A stretch of 63,581 bases of DNA, counting the filler, from Candidatus Omnitrophota bacterium (GTDB taxonomy: Bacteria; Omnitrophota; Gorgyraeia; JAGLLT01), in the NCBI GenBank assembly GCA_023140385.1. It is 4 parts of 4 records of this genome, joined end to end, with 100 filler letters (N's around TTAATTAATTAA, not from the genome) between each part and the next. Parts side by side here need not be neighbours in the genome. Positions count along the whole stretch, not along the records: positions 1 to 30,470 come from JAGLLT010000016.1; 3 more parts are not named here. The stretch is one strand, 5' to 3'. Below, piece by piece: positions 1 to 9,771 of the stretch; within the stretch, counting starts at the first letter, position 1, and the number at the start of each line of letters is the position of its first letter. The translations under genes and the position numbers were made by a program. Under the pieces are notes generated by a model. That model was not told the DNA's origin. It worked only from the letters and a program-made list of their open reading frames with translations, and searched no databases.

Positions 1-729
1 TTAGCTTGTGGTGACGCGGTTATTAAAGTAGGATTATCTTCCATATTAATTAAATTAATGAAAGAGGGTTTTATTTCAGCTATAGCTATGCAGGGAGCGG
101 GAGCCATTCATGATGCTGAAATCGCTCTCATAGGGGAGACCTCGGAAGATGTAGCCGTTTCTATTAAAGACGGTAGTTTTGGTATGGCTGAAGAAACGGG
201 TAATTTTTTAAATGAGGCAATAATTGCCGGAGCTAAAGAAAATATGGGTATGGGGGAGGCCATTGGAAAAAAAATGGTTGAAGAAAACCTGCCTTTTAAA
301 GGATATAGCCTTTTGGCTAACGCCTATGAACTTGATATTCCCGTAACTATTCACGTGGCCATAGGAACTGATACTATTCACATGCATCCTAAGGTAAGCG
401 GCGAGGCCATTGGTAAAGCTTCTCATCTTGACTTCAGAAAATTTGCCTCAGTGATCAGAGAGATATCGGGGGGAGGGGTAATAATTAATATTGCTTCCGC
501 GGTTATTTTGCCAGAGGTTTTCCTAAAGGCTTTATCGATTACGCGTAATATCTACGGAGTAGAAGATTTCACTGCCTGTAACTTTGATATGATTATGCAT
601 TACAGGCCGACTGAGAACGTGGTTAAGAGGCCCACTCAGTCAGGCGGCAAGGGATATAATATTATCGGGCACTTAGAGATTATGATACCTCTTTTTGCCA
701 AAGCCCTCTTAGAGAAGGATAAGAAATGA
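1..729 (+). CDS. Deoxyhypusine-synthase-like conserved hypothetical protein, 5'-truncated by the window edge
   Basis: Frame is open from base 1 (LACGDAVIKVGLS...) into the ORF at 58. Motifs GAGAIHDAEIAL, TSEDV, HVAIGTD, SAVILPEVFLKA and GHLEIM resemble a DHS-like family. Confidence 0.55.
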   Translation, partial: LACGDAVIKVGLSSILIKLMKEGFISAIAMQGAGAIHDAEIALIGETSEDVAVSIKDGSFGMAEETGNFLNEAIIAGAKENMGMGEAIGKKMVEENLPFKGYSLLANAYELDIPVTIHVAIGTDTIHMHPKVSGEAIGKASHLDFRKFASVIREISGGGVIINIASAVILPEVFLKALSITRNIYGVEDFTACNFDMIMHYRPTENVVKRPTQSGGKGYNIIGHLEIMIPLFAKALLEKDKK

Positions 730-1628
730 GAGTTGTAATTACCGGAGCCGGTTCCTTTGTCGCTTATCATCTGGCAGAGAAACTGTTGAAAGACGGCCAC
801 GAAGTATTAGGTATAGACAGAGAGCGCAGCCGCAATATTGAGGAGCTTCAGTCTGATAAAAAGTTTACCTTTGAGGAAACGGATATTGCCGAAGGCGGCA
901 GTTTGTCCGGGTTATGCCGCGGAGCGGATGTAATATATCATCTGGCGGCTGTGTCTTCAGAAAGGTTGTGCCGTGAAGAGCCGGTGGTTTCGCTGGAGGT
1001 TAATCTTTTGGGCACGCTCCGGATGTTAGAGGCCGCCAAAGACAATAAATCCCTTTTTGTCTTTTCTTCAAGCGCTTCCGTCTATCCCGCTTCTGACAAT
1101 CCCAAAATAGAAGAAGAAGCGGACTTTACCGATGGATTTTACGGGACATCCAAACTGCTGGCTGAGAAGTACTGCCGGCTGTATCAAAAAAACTTTAGTC
1201 TGGATTGCGTCATTCTAAGATTTTGCAGGATATACGGCCCGAGAATGAAACGCAACCCTGTTTATGATATGTCAAGGGGTTTAGCCTCCGGCCAACCTGT
1301 AAAATTATACGAAAGCCTGTCTTCAAAATATGACTTTATTTACGTTTTAGACGTTGTTAAGGCTTTTTACCTGGCGATGAATAAGGAGTGGAAAAATAAA
1401 ACGGTAAACATTAGCAGTCAAACTCTGACCGCTTTATCCGAGGTTTATGAGATCATGGCCGGTTTAAGCAATGGCTGGCAGGAAATAGAAGTAGTTAATG
1501 ATAAAAAATCAATAGATGTAGTGAGTAACCGCCGCGCGCTTACCCTTGGCTGGAAGCCGAAGTATTCAATTAAAGAGGGGCTTGCCCAAACCCTCAGCTA
1601 TTTTAAAGAAGTTGAAATCACGCCGTAA
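726..1628 (+). CDS. NAD-dependent epimerase/dehydratase (extended SDR)
   Basis: TGAGSFVA Rossmann motif (variant of GxxGxxG), HLAA, SSASVY, catalytic YGTSK, IYGP. Confidence 0.85.
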   Translation: MRVVITGAGSFVAYHLAEKLLKDGHEVLGIDRERSRNIEELQSDKKFTFEETDIAEGGSLSGLCRGADVIYHLAAVSSERLCREEPVVSLEVNLLGTLRMLEAAKDNKSLFVFSSSASVYPASDNPKIEEEADFTDGFYGTSKLLAEKYCRLYQKNFSLDCVILRFCRIYGPRMKRNPVYDMSRGLASGQPVKLYESLSSKYDFIYVLDVVKAFYLAMNKEWKNKTVNISSQTLTALSEVYEIMAGLSNGWQEIEVVNDKKSIDVVSNRRALTLGWKPKYSIKEGLAQTLSYFKEVEITP

Positions 1629-1676
1629 GTCCCGGGCATTTTTGTTCATCCGCGCGTGATGTATCAGGGAGATATA

Positions 1677-2069
1677 ATGAAAAGGATAAATTTTCTTATC
1701 TGTGCCGCTGTAATTACTGCCGCGGTTAGCAGTGGCTGTGTGGAAAGAAAGTTGACAATCAGGTCAGAGCCGCCGGGAGCCGCGGTTTATTTTAATCAGG
1801 CCTATATGGGAGAGACGCCGCTTGACTTTGACTTTGAGTGGTACTGGTCGCACAGGGTAGAGCTGAAAAAGGATGGTTATGAAGAGATAAGCAATCTTGA
1901 GGTCATTAAAGCGCCGCCCCACATGTGGATACCTTTTGACCTGGTAATGGAACTACTGCCCTTTAAAATTAAGGATAGCCGCGAGCTAACCTATACCCTC
2001 AAGCCTTTAATAGAAAATTCAGGCGCCGAAGACGGGATAGTAGTAGAAGAAATTGATTTGAATGATTAA
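1677..2069 (+). CDS. PEGA-domain lipoprotein
   Basis: Lipobox-like SSGC after a hydrophobic leader; IRSEPPGAAVYFN...GETP...LKKDGY is PEGA-like. Confidence 0.75.
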   Translation: MKRINFLICAAVITAAVSSGCVERKLTIRSEPPGAAVYFNQAYMGETPLDFDFEWYWSHRVELKKDGYEEISNLEVIKAPPHMWIPFDLVMELLPFKIKDSRELTYTLKPLIENSGAEDGIVVEEIDLND

Positions 2070-2173
2070 AGTCTAATTCGGAGAAAACGGTAAAACTCAG
2101 ATATTTTACAGGTGTTAGCATTAATTGGAAGCAGTGTGCAGCTTAATAAGTGATTAGAAGAAAGGCAAAGGTT

Positions 2174-2965
2174 ATGAAAATAGATGATATAACCGTATCC
2201 AGGGCGATTATTGAAACTTACACACAGCGCTTACTGAATAATCTTGATGTCGATGTGGCTATAGTAGGCGGAGGGCCGGCGGGGCTGTGCGCGGGGTACT
2301 ACCTGGCTAAAAAGAAATACAAGGTCGCTATGTTTGAAAAAAAACTTTCTATAGGCGGCGGTATGTGGGGTGGCGGCATAATGTTCAATCAGATTGTCGT
2401 CCAGGCGGAGGGCAAGGAGATTATGGATGAGATGGAAATACGTACCGTACGTTACAGACCCGGTTATTACACGGCTGACGCGATAGAGACTGTAGCTGTA
2501 CTAATTTCAAAGGCCGTTAAGGCCGGCCTTCAGGTTTTTAATCTGATGAGCGCTGAGGACATTATGGTAAGGAAAGATAGAGTCGTGGGCTTGGTTATAA
2601 ACTGGTCTCCGGTTGACTTAGCCGGCCTTCATGTAGATCCCATAGCCACTCAGGCTAAGTGTGTAATTGACGCTACCGGCCATCCCTCTGAAATTGCCCG
2701 CCTTTTGCGGGATAAACAGGGCGTGAAGCTTTTAACTAAGACCGGAAAAGTTATGGGCGAAAAGTCTATGTGGGCTGAGATGGGAGAAAAGGCAATAATG
2801 AGTAATACAAAAAAAATATACCCCGGCCTGTATGTTGCCGGCATGGCAGCCAATGCTGTTTTCGGCGGCCAGCGTATGGGGCCTATTTTCGGAGGTATGC
2901 TGCTTTCCGGCCGGAAGGTGAGCCGTTTAATAGACTCTGATTTGCGGAGGGAAAAGAATGTTTAG
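2174..2965 (+). CDS. thi4: Sulfide-dependent adenosine diphosphate thiazole synthase (Thi4 family)
   Basis: [24 protein letters not shown] and [13 protein letters not shown] signatures. Confidence 0.92.
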   Translation: MKIDDITVSRAIIETYTQRLLNNLDVDVAIVGGGPAGLCAGYYLAKKKYKVAMFEKKLSIGGGMWGGGIMFNQIVVQAEGKEIMDEMEIRTVRYRPGYYTADAIETVAVLISKAVKAGLQVFNLMSAEDIMVRKDRVVGLVINWSPVDLAGLHVDPIATQAKCVIDATGHPSEIARLLRDKQGVKLLTKTGKVMGEKSMWAEMGEKAIMSNTKKIYPGLYVAGMAANAVFGGQRMGPIFGGMLLSGRKVSRLIDSDLRREKNV

Positions 2966-3305
2966 AAAGATGTGCAGGGCTAAGATACACCGGGCCTTCA
3001 TTACTAAAAAGGATTATGGGTATAAAGGAAGTATAGGAATATCCGGGGCTTTGCTTGAGGCCTCCGGTATTTTACCCAACGAGATGGTTCTGGTTCTTAA
3101 TTACAACAATGGCCAAAGATTTGAAACCTACGTGATTGAAGAGAAGGATGCGGGGGCAATCGCTCTCTACGGACCGGCGGCCAAGCTGGGTGAGGTTGGT
3201 GATGAGTTGATAATTATGTCCTCTGTTTACGCGGATGAACAAGAAGCCAAAGAGATGCGGATGAAAATTGTAAAAGTGGATAAAGACAATAAAGTTATTA
3301 ATTAA
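2958..3305 (+). CDS. panD: Aspartate 1-decarboxylase
   Basis: AKIHRA, self-cleavage site [19 protein letters not shown]. Confidence 0.9.
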   Translation: MFRKMCRAKIHRAFITKKDYGYKGSIGISGALLEASGILPNEMVLVLNYNNGQRFETYVIEEKDAGAIALYGPAAKLGEVGDELIIMSSVYADEQEAKEMRMKIVKVDKDNKVIN

Positions 3306-3308
3306 TCT

Positions 3309-4247
3309 ATGGCAGAGAATTTTGTAGATAAGGATATAGTTATTATTGGAGCGGGGCCGGCAGGCCTGACGGCCGCTATTTATGCCCGGCGCGCGGGCCT
3401 GAATTTGATAATCCTTGAGGATAAACTTGCCGGCGGCCAACTTAATTTGACGAGTATTATAGAAAATTATCCAGGTTTTCCCGGGGGCATCGGCGGCGGA
3501 GAACTGGCTGAAAAAATGAAGGAGCAGGCTAACGCGGCCGGCGTAGAGATTGTTAATGTCCGGGCAAACGCGATAAGCGAAGAGAGCGGCATGTTTTTCG
3601 TGACCGCTTCAAAAGAGACGTACAGGGCAAAGACGGTGATTATTGCCACCGGAGCTGTACCAAAAAGGCTGGGTATTAAAGGTGAGGAGGAGTTAACCGG
3701 CAAAGGTGTTTCTTTCTGCGCTGTCTGTGACGCGCCGCTGTATAAAGATAAAGTGATAGCGGCCGTTGGAGGCGGAGACACCGCCTTGGAAGAGGCGTTA
3801 TTTTTATCCAGGTTCGCGGTCAAGGTATATCTTATTCACCGGCGTGATGAATTTAGGGCGGCGCGGATTCTCGTGAAGAGAATAAAGGATAATAAAAAGA
3901 TTGAAGTTTTACACAGTTATATTCCTCTCGAGGTTACCGGCGGTACGCGGGTTGAAGGAGTAAAGCTTCAAAGCAAAAAGGACGGGAGCATTAAGGAGAT
4001 TAGCATTAACGGCCTATTTGTCTTTGTCGGTTCTGAGCCTCAGGCGCGGATTATTAAGGATCTGGTGGAAACGGATAAAGACGGATTTATCATTACCGAT
4101 GAAAATATGCGGGCCGGTAAAAAAGGAATTTTTGCCGCCGGCGATGTACGAAAGAAAAAGATTAGACAGGTAGTCTTAGCCTGTTCGGAAGGGGCTCAGG
4201 CCGCCCTCTCGGCCGCCGGATACTTAAAAGATGGCGCTGAATTATAA
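3309..4247 (+). CDS. trxB: Thioredoxin-disulfide reductase
   Basis: GAGPAG, ENYPG, GVSFCAVCD redox CxxC, GGGDTA, HRRDEFRA, AAGD. Confidence 0.95.
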   Translation: MAENFVDKDIVIIGAGPAGLTAAIYARRAGLNLIILEDKLAGGQLNLTSIIENYPGFPGGIGGGELAEKMKEQANAAGVEIVNVRANAISEESGMFFVTASKETYRAKTVIIATGAVPKRLGIKGEEELTGKGVSFCAVCDAPLYKDKVIAAVGGGDTALEEALFLSRFAVKVYLIHRRDEFRAARILVKRIKDNKKIEVLHSYIPLEVTGGTRVEGVKLQSKKDGSIKEISINGLFVFVGSEPQARIIKDLVETDKDGFIITDENMRAGKKGIFAAGDVRKKKIRQVVLACSEGAQAALSAAGYLKDGAEL

Positions 4248-4248
4248 G

Positions 4249-4965
4249 ATGAAAATCGTTATTAAAGGGTTTGTAAAATCTTCTCTTATAGATTGGGACG
4301 GAAGAATAGTATCCACTCTATACGTGCCATGTTGTAATATGCGTTGTCCCTTTTGCCACAATGGAGGCCTTTTGCTTAATCCGGAGGGATATCAAACTAT
4401 ACCTATTAATGAAATAAAAGATTTTTATAAGCAGCGTCAGGATTTTATGGACGGCATTTGCCTGACGGGTGGCGAACCCTGCCTTTATGAAGACGTATTG
4501 GACTTTATGGAGGAGTTTAAAGAAATAGGAGCCATGGTAAAACTTGATACAAATGGGACAAACCCCGGTATAATTGAGGAAGCTATCAGCAAAAGGATAG
4601 TTGACTATATAGCAATGGACATAAAAGCTCCGCTCGAATTTGATGCTTACAACAAAGCGTCAAAAGTGCAATCAGAGAAATTGTTTAAAAATGTTAAAGA
4701 GTCTATAAAAATTATTATGAGCTCTGATATTGATTACGAGTTTAGAACTACGGTGGTTCCCGGCTTGCATGATAAAGAGGACATCAGAAAGATAGTTGAA
4801 TTTATTAGAGGCGCCAAAAGATACGCCTTGCAAAATTTTCAACCGGATGGTGTGCTGGATAAAAAGCTTCAGGAGATTAAGCCTTACAAAAAAGAAATAC
4901 TTGAGAAAATCGCGGATGGCATTAGGGGGAGCGTTGAAAGTGTAATTGTCAGAGGCAGGGAGTAA
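4249..4965 (+). CDS. Anaerobic ribonucleoside-triphosphate reductase activating protein-like radical SAM enzyme
   Basis: CNMRCPFCHN, TGGEP, KLDTNG, AMDIKAP, YEFRTTVVP. Confidence 0.85.
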   Translation: MKIVIKGFVKSSLIDWDGRIVSTLYVPCCNMRCPFCHNGGLLLNPEGYQTIPINEIKDFYKQRQDFMDGICLTGGEPCLYEDVLDFMEEFKEIGAMVKLDTNGTNPGIIEEAISKRIVDYIAMDIKAPLEFDAYNKASKVQSEKLFKNVKESIKIIMSSDIDYEFRTTVVPGLHDKEDIRKIVEFIRGAKRYALQNFQPDGVLDKKLQEIKPYKKEILEKIADGIRGSVESVIVRGRE

Positions 4966-4970
4966 GGAAA

Positions 4971-5495
4971 ATGTCAGTTTACAAAATTGTTACCTACCCG
5001 GCGCCAATTTTAAGAATAAAGGCCAGGATTGTTCAGAGTATATCGGCCAGCCAGAGAGTGTTCTTAATAAATATGGCCGAGACAATGTATGATAATAAAG
5101 TTGCCGTGGGTCTGGCGGCCGAACAGGTAAGCCTGGATGAAAAGCTGGTGGTCATTGACGTTTGTGATAAAAACGGCCTCATAAAGCTGATCAATCCGCG
5201 CATTAAAGAAAAAAAGGGCGAGACCATTCTTATGGAAGAGGGTTGTATGAGTATGCCCGGAATTTCAGTAGTGGTGCCGAGAGCCGAGAAGGTTAAAGTG
5301 GAAGCAAAAGATGAAAGGGGACGGGCTATTATCCTGGAAGCGGACGGCTTTTTAGCACGTGTCATTCAGCACGAGATAGATCATTTAAACGGCAAGCTTA
5401 TTATAGATTATCTTAGTCCCGCTAAAAAATTATTGGTTGAGTCGAAATACAGAGTTAAAAAAACCTTTAATAAAATAGGAAAGGGCGCTAAGTGA
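4971..5495 (+). CDS. def: Peptide deformylase
   Basis: VGLAAEQ, EGCMS, QHEIDHLNG. Confidence 0.92.
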   Translation: MSVYKIVTYPAPILRIKARIVQSISASQRVFLINMAETMYDNKVAVGLAAEQVSLDEKLVVIDVCDKNGLIKLINPRIKEKKGETILMEEGCMSMPGISVVVPRAEKVKVEAKDERGRAIILEADGFLARVIQHEIDHLNGKLIIDYLSPAKKLLVESKYRVKKTFNKIGKGAK

Positions 5496-7222
5496 ACTTC
5501 CTTGGTATAAATACCGCTATTACCTTAGACTTTACCTTTAAGTTGGTTGTAAGTGTCGTTCTCCTGTTGAATTACTTTGAAAACAAGGATAAGATTTTTA
5601 TCTGGTGGTTTTTAGGATGGCTGTTTTTTGCTTTGCAGGCGTTTTGTGAACAACTTCTTTTAGGCCTCAATTATGAATATCTATGGTTTTTGCGGCATCT
5701 AATCTCAGCTCTTTCCGCGGTTTTTTTCTTCTCCGGCATATGTCTTTTAATAAAAAAGAAAAGATATGGTGTTTATTTAGTTCTTCTAGCGATAATCGCT
5801 TTCCTGTCGGCCTTTGTGGGTATATATGTCTTTAACAGCTGGTTTTTATCGGCATTGTCCACCTCAATAATCAGCGGTTCGGCTTTTATCATTAGCGGCT
5901 GTTACTATTATAAAAAAAGTATCGACAAGAAGTCAAGCTATCATCTATTAATTACCCTGGGTTTTATCCTTAATGGAATTCATAACTTTGATTATCCCTT
6001 TTTAAGAGGGGTGGAGTGGTTTGCTCCTTTTGGATTTATAGTGGGTGTGGTTTTTTCCATTATATTTGGCCTGGGAATGATACTGAAGGCGAGTGAGGAA
6101 AGCCGGCTCCAGAAAAAGGTTAATATCGAGCGGATTCGTGAAATAACAACCCTTTATAGTATAACTTCTACCGTCTGCCGCAGTAGAAAGTTGGATCAAA
6201 TGCTGTATTCGGTTATTGATAATCTCCTGAGAGTATTAAAGTTGGACATGGGAGCAATATTTTTAATAGATGCCGGCTTGGGCAATTTACATCTTAAGGC
6301 CCAAAGAGGGCTTTCTAAAAAGTTAGTAGAAAAGATTACTAAGGTACCCGTGAGTGATGCCATTTCAGCGGAGTGTATTGAAAAGAATAAAATGACTTTT
6401 CTGGAGAATGTCAGTAAATCCGGCAGTCTAATCAAAGACGCGGTTATAAAAGAGGGAATAAACTGCCTTGTATCCGTTCCTTTAAGGTCGGGTAATAAAG
6501 TATTGGGAGCTTTTGAGCTGGGCTTAAAAAAGGCCAGAAGATTTTCTTCTCAGGACGTTCGCCTGCTTGAGTCTGCCGGTGATGAACTGGGGGTGGCTAT
6601 TGATAACAAACAGTTGTCCGAAAATCTCGAAAGTGTGTATCTCTCAACCGTCCTTACCTTAACCGACATGGTAGAGGCCAAAGATCACTACACCCGCAGC
6701 CACTCAGATGAAGTGGCGCGCTACGCGGTAATGACAGCCAAAGAATTAAAACTGCCTGATAAAAAAATAGAACAGGTAAGAATGGCTTCCCAACTTCACG
6801 ATCTGGGCAAGATTGCCATCAGCGATTTAATTTTACTTAAGAAGGGTAAGCTTACTAAGAGAGAGTTGAAGGAAATCAAGAAACATCCGGAAAAAGCGGT
6901 TGAGATATTAAAACCGCTTAGATTTTTGCATGATGATAACGGTGTCTTAGAGTATATCAAAAGCCACCATGAGAGATATGACGGCAAAGGTTATCCCAAC
7001 GGCTACAAAAAACAGCAGATAAAACTTGGAGCCCGTATATTAGCTGTTGCCGACTCATATCACGCTATGATTTCATCCCGGCCTTACCGCAAAAGGGCTT
7101 TAACTGTTAAGCAGGCCAAGTTGGAACTTAAGCGTAACGCCGGACTACAGTTTGATCCCGAGGTTGTTGAAACCTTCCTGAACGTTCTCGCGGAGATTGA
7201 AAGAAGTAAAGATAAGTATTAA
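5492..7222 (+). CDS. Membrane sensor with GAF and HD-GYP domains (putative c-di-GMP phosphodiesterase)
   Basis: About seven N-terminal hydrophobic helices, GAF (VPLRSGNKVLG), YTRSHS, LHDLGK, HHERYDGKGYP, AVADSYHAM, RPY. Confidence 0.88.
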   Translation: MNFLGINTAITLDFTFKLVVSVVLLLNYFENKDKIFIWWFLGWLFFALQAFCEQLLLGLNYEYLWFLRHLISALSAVFFFSGICLLIKKKRYGVYLVLLAIIAFLSAFVGIYVFNSWFLSALSTSIISGSAFIISGCYYYKKSIDKKSSYHLLITLGFILNGIHNFDYPFLRGVEWFAPFGFIVGVVFSIIFGLGMILKASEESRLQKKVNIERIREITTLYSITSTVCRSRKLDQMLYSVIDNLLRVLKLDMGAIFLIDAGLGNLHLKAQRGLSKKLVEKITKVPVSDAISAECIEKNKMTFLENVSKSGSLIKDAVIKEGINCLVSVPLRSGNKVLGAFELGLKKARRFSSQDVRLLESAGDELGVAIDNKQLSENLESVYLSTVLTLTDMVEAKDHYTRSHSDEVARYAVMTAKELKLPDKKIEQVRMASQLHDLGKIAISDLILLKKGKLTKRELKEIKKHPEKAVEILKPLRFLHDDNGVLEYIKSHHERYDGKGYPNGYKKQQIKLGARILAVADSYHAMISSRPYRKRALTVKQAKLELKRNAGLQFDPEVVETFLNVLAEIERSKDKY

Positions 7223-7248
7223 GAGAAGCGATTAAACAAAGACGCTTT

Positions 7249-8268
7249 ATGACGATGAAGAAGGCTTTATTTTATGAGAAGTTAAATGACGGTAGGGTTC
7301 ATTGCCGGCTATGCGCTCACAACTGCTTAATTAATGAAGGCCGGCGGGGTATTTGCGGCGTAAGAGAAAACAGGCAGGGTGAGCTTTATAGTATAGTTTA
7401 CGGCAGGGTTATAGCTTCCTGCCTTGATCCCATCGAGAAAAAACCACTCTTTCATTTCTATCCCGGTTCGTCTTCATATTCGATAGCGACGGCAGGCTGT
7501 AATTTTAAATGCTTGCATTGCCAGAACGCGGATATTTCTCAGGCAGACGTTAGCCTTCCGATAGGATCAGGGAGCCGGGTATCCAGCCGGGATGTGGTCG
7601 ATGAGGCGGCAAGGTGTAAGGCGGAAAGTATCTCTTATACCTATACGGAGCCGACTATCTTTTTTGAGTTTGCCTATGAGACAGCTTGCTTAGCAAATAG
7701 CAAGGGGCTGAAAAATATTTTTGTGACCAACGGTTATATGCTTAAAGAACCCTTAAAATATATAAAACCCTATCTGGACGCGGCCAATGTTGACCTGAAA
7801 TTTTTTGATGACAATCTTTATAGAAAAGTATGCGGCGGGAGCCTGAAGCCGGTCTTGGAAACTATAAGGCTTATGAAAGAACTGGGTATCTGGCTTGAGG
7901 TAACCACTTTGATTATTCCCGGTTATAATGATTCAAAGGAACAGCTGAAGAAGATTGCCGATTTCTTAGTGTCGGTTGATAGAAATATTCCCTGGCACGT
8001 AAGCGCCTTTTACCCCGCGTTTAAAATGACTGATACGGCTCCAACCTCTCCGGAGACTCTTTACATGGCCAGAGATGTAGGCTTAGTAGAAGGCCTTAAA
8101 TATGTCTATTGCGGAAACATAGACTCAGGAGAGGAAGAAAACACATACTGCCCTGATTGCGGCAAACTGCTTATAGAAAGACGCGGTTATAACCTGGTTA
8201 GCTATAATATAAAGGACTCCGCTTGTATATACTGCCGTAACAAAATAGACGGAGAGGGATTAAGGTAA
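7249..8268 (+). CDS. amrS: AmmeMemoRadiSam system radical SAM enzyme
   Basis: CRLCAHNC, DPIEKKPLFHF, GCNFKCLHCQN, YTYTEP, C-terminal CPDC...CIYC. Confidence 0.9.
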   Translation: MTMKKALFYEKLNDGRVHCRLCAHNCLINEGRRGICGVRENRQGELYSIVYGRVIASCLDPIEKKPLFHFYPGSSSYSIATAGCNFKCLHCQNADISQADVSLPIGSGSRVSSRDVVDEAARCKAESISYTYTEPTIFFEFAYETACLANSKGLKNIFVTNGYMLKEPLKYIKPYLDAANVDLKFFDDNLYRKVCGGSLKPVLETIRLMKELGIWLEVTTLIIPGYNDSKEQLKKIADFLVSVDRNIPWHVSAFYPAFKMTDTAPTSPETLYMARDVGLVEGLKYVYCGNIDSGEEENTYCPDCGKLLIERRGYNLVSYNIKDSACIYCRNKIDGEGLR

Positions 8269-8270
8269 GA

Positions 8271-8702
8271 ATGAGAAAAACAGGAGTGGTAACCGAACTA
8301 AAAGAAGGAGCTGTCTGGGTTAGCCTGTATCCTGAGGCTAATGCCTGCCGGGGATGCGGTGCATCCGGTTTATGCGGTATTAGGCTGGACGGAAAAAAGC
8401 TGAAAGCTATAAGTGAAATTAAGGTGCGGGCGGGGGATAGGGTAGAGGTTGAAATAAAGTCAGAGCAGTCATTAGCGATTGCCTTTTTTGTTTATATTGT
8501 GCCTGTTGCCGTATTTATTTTAGCGGCAGAGACGGCCGGATTTTTTGGCAGGTCTCAGGTTTTTCAGCTTGTTTCGGGCGCCGCCGGATTTTTAATAACC
8601 TGCATAGCTTTATATGCGGCAGATAAAAATAGAGGGCGTTCTGCCGCCTATCTGCCGAAAATTAAAAAGATTATCAGCGATTCTTACGAGGAAAAGGAGT
8701 AG
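8271..8702 (+). CDS. RseC/MucC family protein
   Basis: CRGCGASGLC motif, GDRVEV, two C-terminal TM helices with VYIVP. Confidence 0.8.
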   Translation: MRKTGVVTELKEGAVWVSLYPEANACRGCGASGLCGIRLDGKKLKAISEIKVRAGDRVEVEIKSEQSLAIAFFVYIVPVAVFILAAETAGFFGRSQVFQLVSGAAGFLITCIALYAADKNRGRSAAYLPKIKKIISDSYEEKE

Positions 8703-8706
8703 TTAT

Positions 8707-9771
8707 ATGGCAAAGTGGCAAAGGGGTAAAAGGTTAAGTCCCTCTGTTTTTGACCTGCCGGTAAAAAAAATAAAAAAAGGCTGGTATTCTGATAAGTATT
8801 TTATCAGGACTAAGCGGATTTTAGAGCTGGATAATAATCATAGCCGGGTTTTAATGCAGATTTTCTGCCGTAAAAACGCTATAGTTTGCGGCATAGATGA
8901 GGCTATTGCTGTTTTGAAGTTATGTTCAGAGAAGCCGGGTAACTTGAAAATCAGGGCGCTTTATGATGGAGATAAGGTAAGGGCCAATGAAACGGTGATG
9001 ACTATTGAAGGTGATTATTCAACCTTTGCTCATTTGGAAACGGTTTACCTGGGAGTGATGGCCAGGCCGACCGCGGTAGCTACATCAGTAAGGGAAGTTG
9101 TAAAGGCGGCGGGCAAAAAAAAGGTGCTGTTTTTTCCTGCCAGATTTGACCATTACAGGGTCCAGGCTACAGACGGTTATGCCGCTTTTATATCAGGCGC
9201 TTTAGGTGTTTCGACTGATGCTCAGGGAACATGGTGGGGCGAAAAAGGCATTGGAACCGTTCCGCACGGTTTGATTGCCGCCTACGGAGGAGATGTAGTT
9301 AAGGCGGCCTTAGCCTTTGATAAGTATATGGCGCGCGGTATTGACAGGATAGTGCTGGTTGATTTTGACAATGACTGTATCGGAAGCTCCCTCAAAGTTG
9401 CCGGGGCATTGGGAAGAAAGCTGTGGGGGGTTAGATTTGATACGCCCCTTGACGTTAAGGATAAGTCTGTTACAAGGACTAAGGGTAAAGGCGCTTATGG
9501 GGTTTGTCCTGAGTTGGTCTTTAAGGCCAGAAAGGTATTTGACAGGGAAGGCTTTGGCTATATTAAGATAATTGTTTCCAGCGGTTTTGATAGGGAGAAA
9601 ATAGAGAGGTTTAATAAACTTAATGTTCCTTTTGATGCCGTTGGTGTCGGTTCCGCTTTGTTTAAAGAGAAGATAGACTTTACGGCTGACATAGTAAAGG
9701 TTAATAATAAACCGCTGTCTAAGGCAGGCAGAAGATATATTTCCAACCGCAGGCTGAAGTTGGTAAAATGA
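8707..9771 (+). CDS. Nicotinate/quinolinate phosphoribosyltransferase family protein
   Basis: YSDKYF, LETVYLG, GTVPHGL, VLVDFDND, GVRFDT, IIVSSGF, GVGS, FTADIV. SD AAGGAG supports the start at 8707. Confidence 0.8.
   Translation: MAKWQRGKRLSPSVFDLPVKKIKKGWYSDKYFIRTKRILELDNNHSRVLMQIFCRKNAIVCGIDEAIAVLKLCSEKPGNLKIRALYDGDKVRANETVMTIEGDYSTFAHLETVYLGVMARPTAVATSVREVVKAAGKKKVLFFPARFDHYRVQATDGYAAFISGALGVSTDAQGTWWGEKGIGTVPHGLIAAYGGDVVKAALAFDKYMARGIDRIVLVDFDNDCIGSSLKVAGALGRKLWGVRFDTPLDVKDKSVTRTKGKGAYGVCPELVFKARKVFDREGFGYIKIIVSSGFDREKIERFNKLNVPFDAVGVGSALFKEKIDFTADIVKVNNKPLSKAGRRYISNRRLKLVK

Noticed and set aside
2070..2173. Possible TPP riboswitch upstream of thi4
   Set aside because: No convincing CTGAGA...CCTGA core; the region is short and unstructured by eye.
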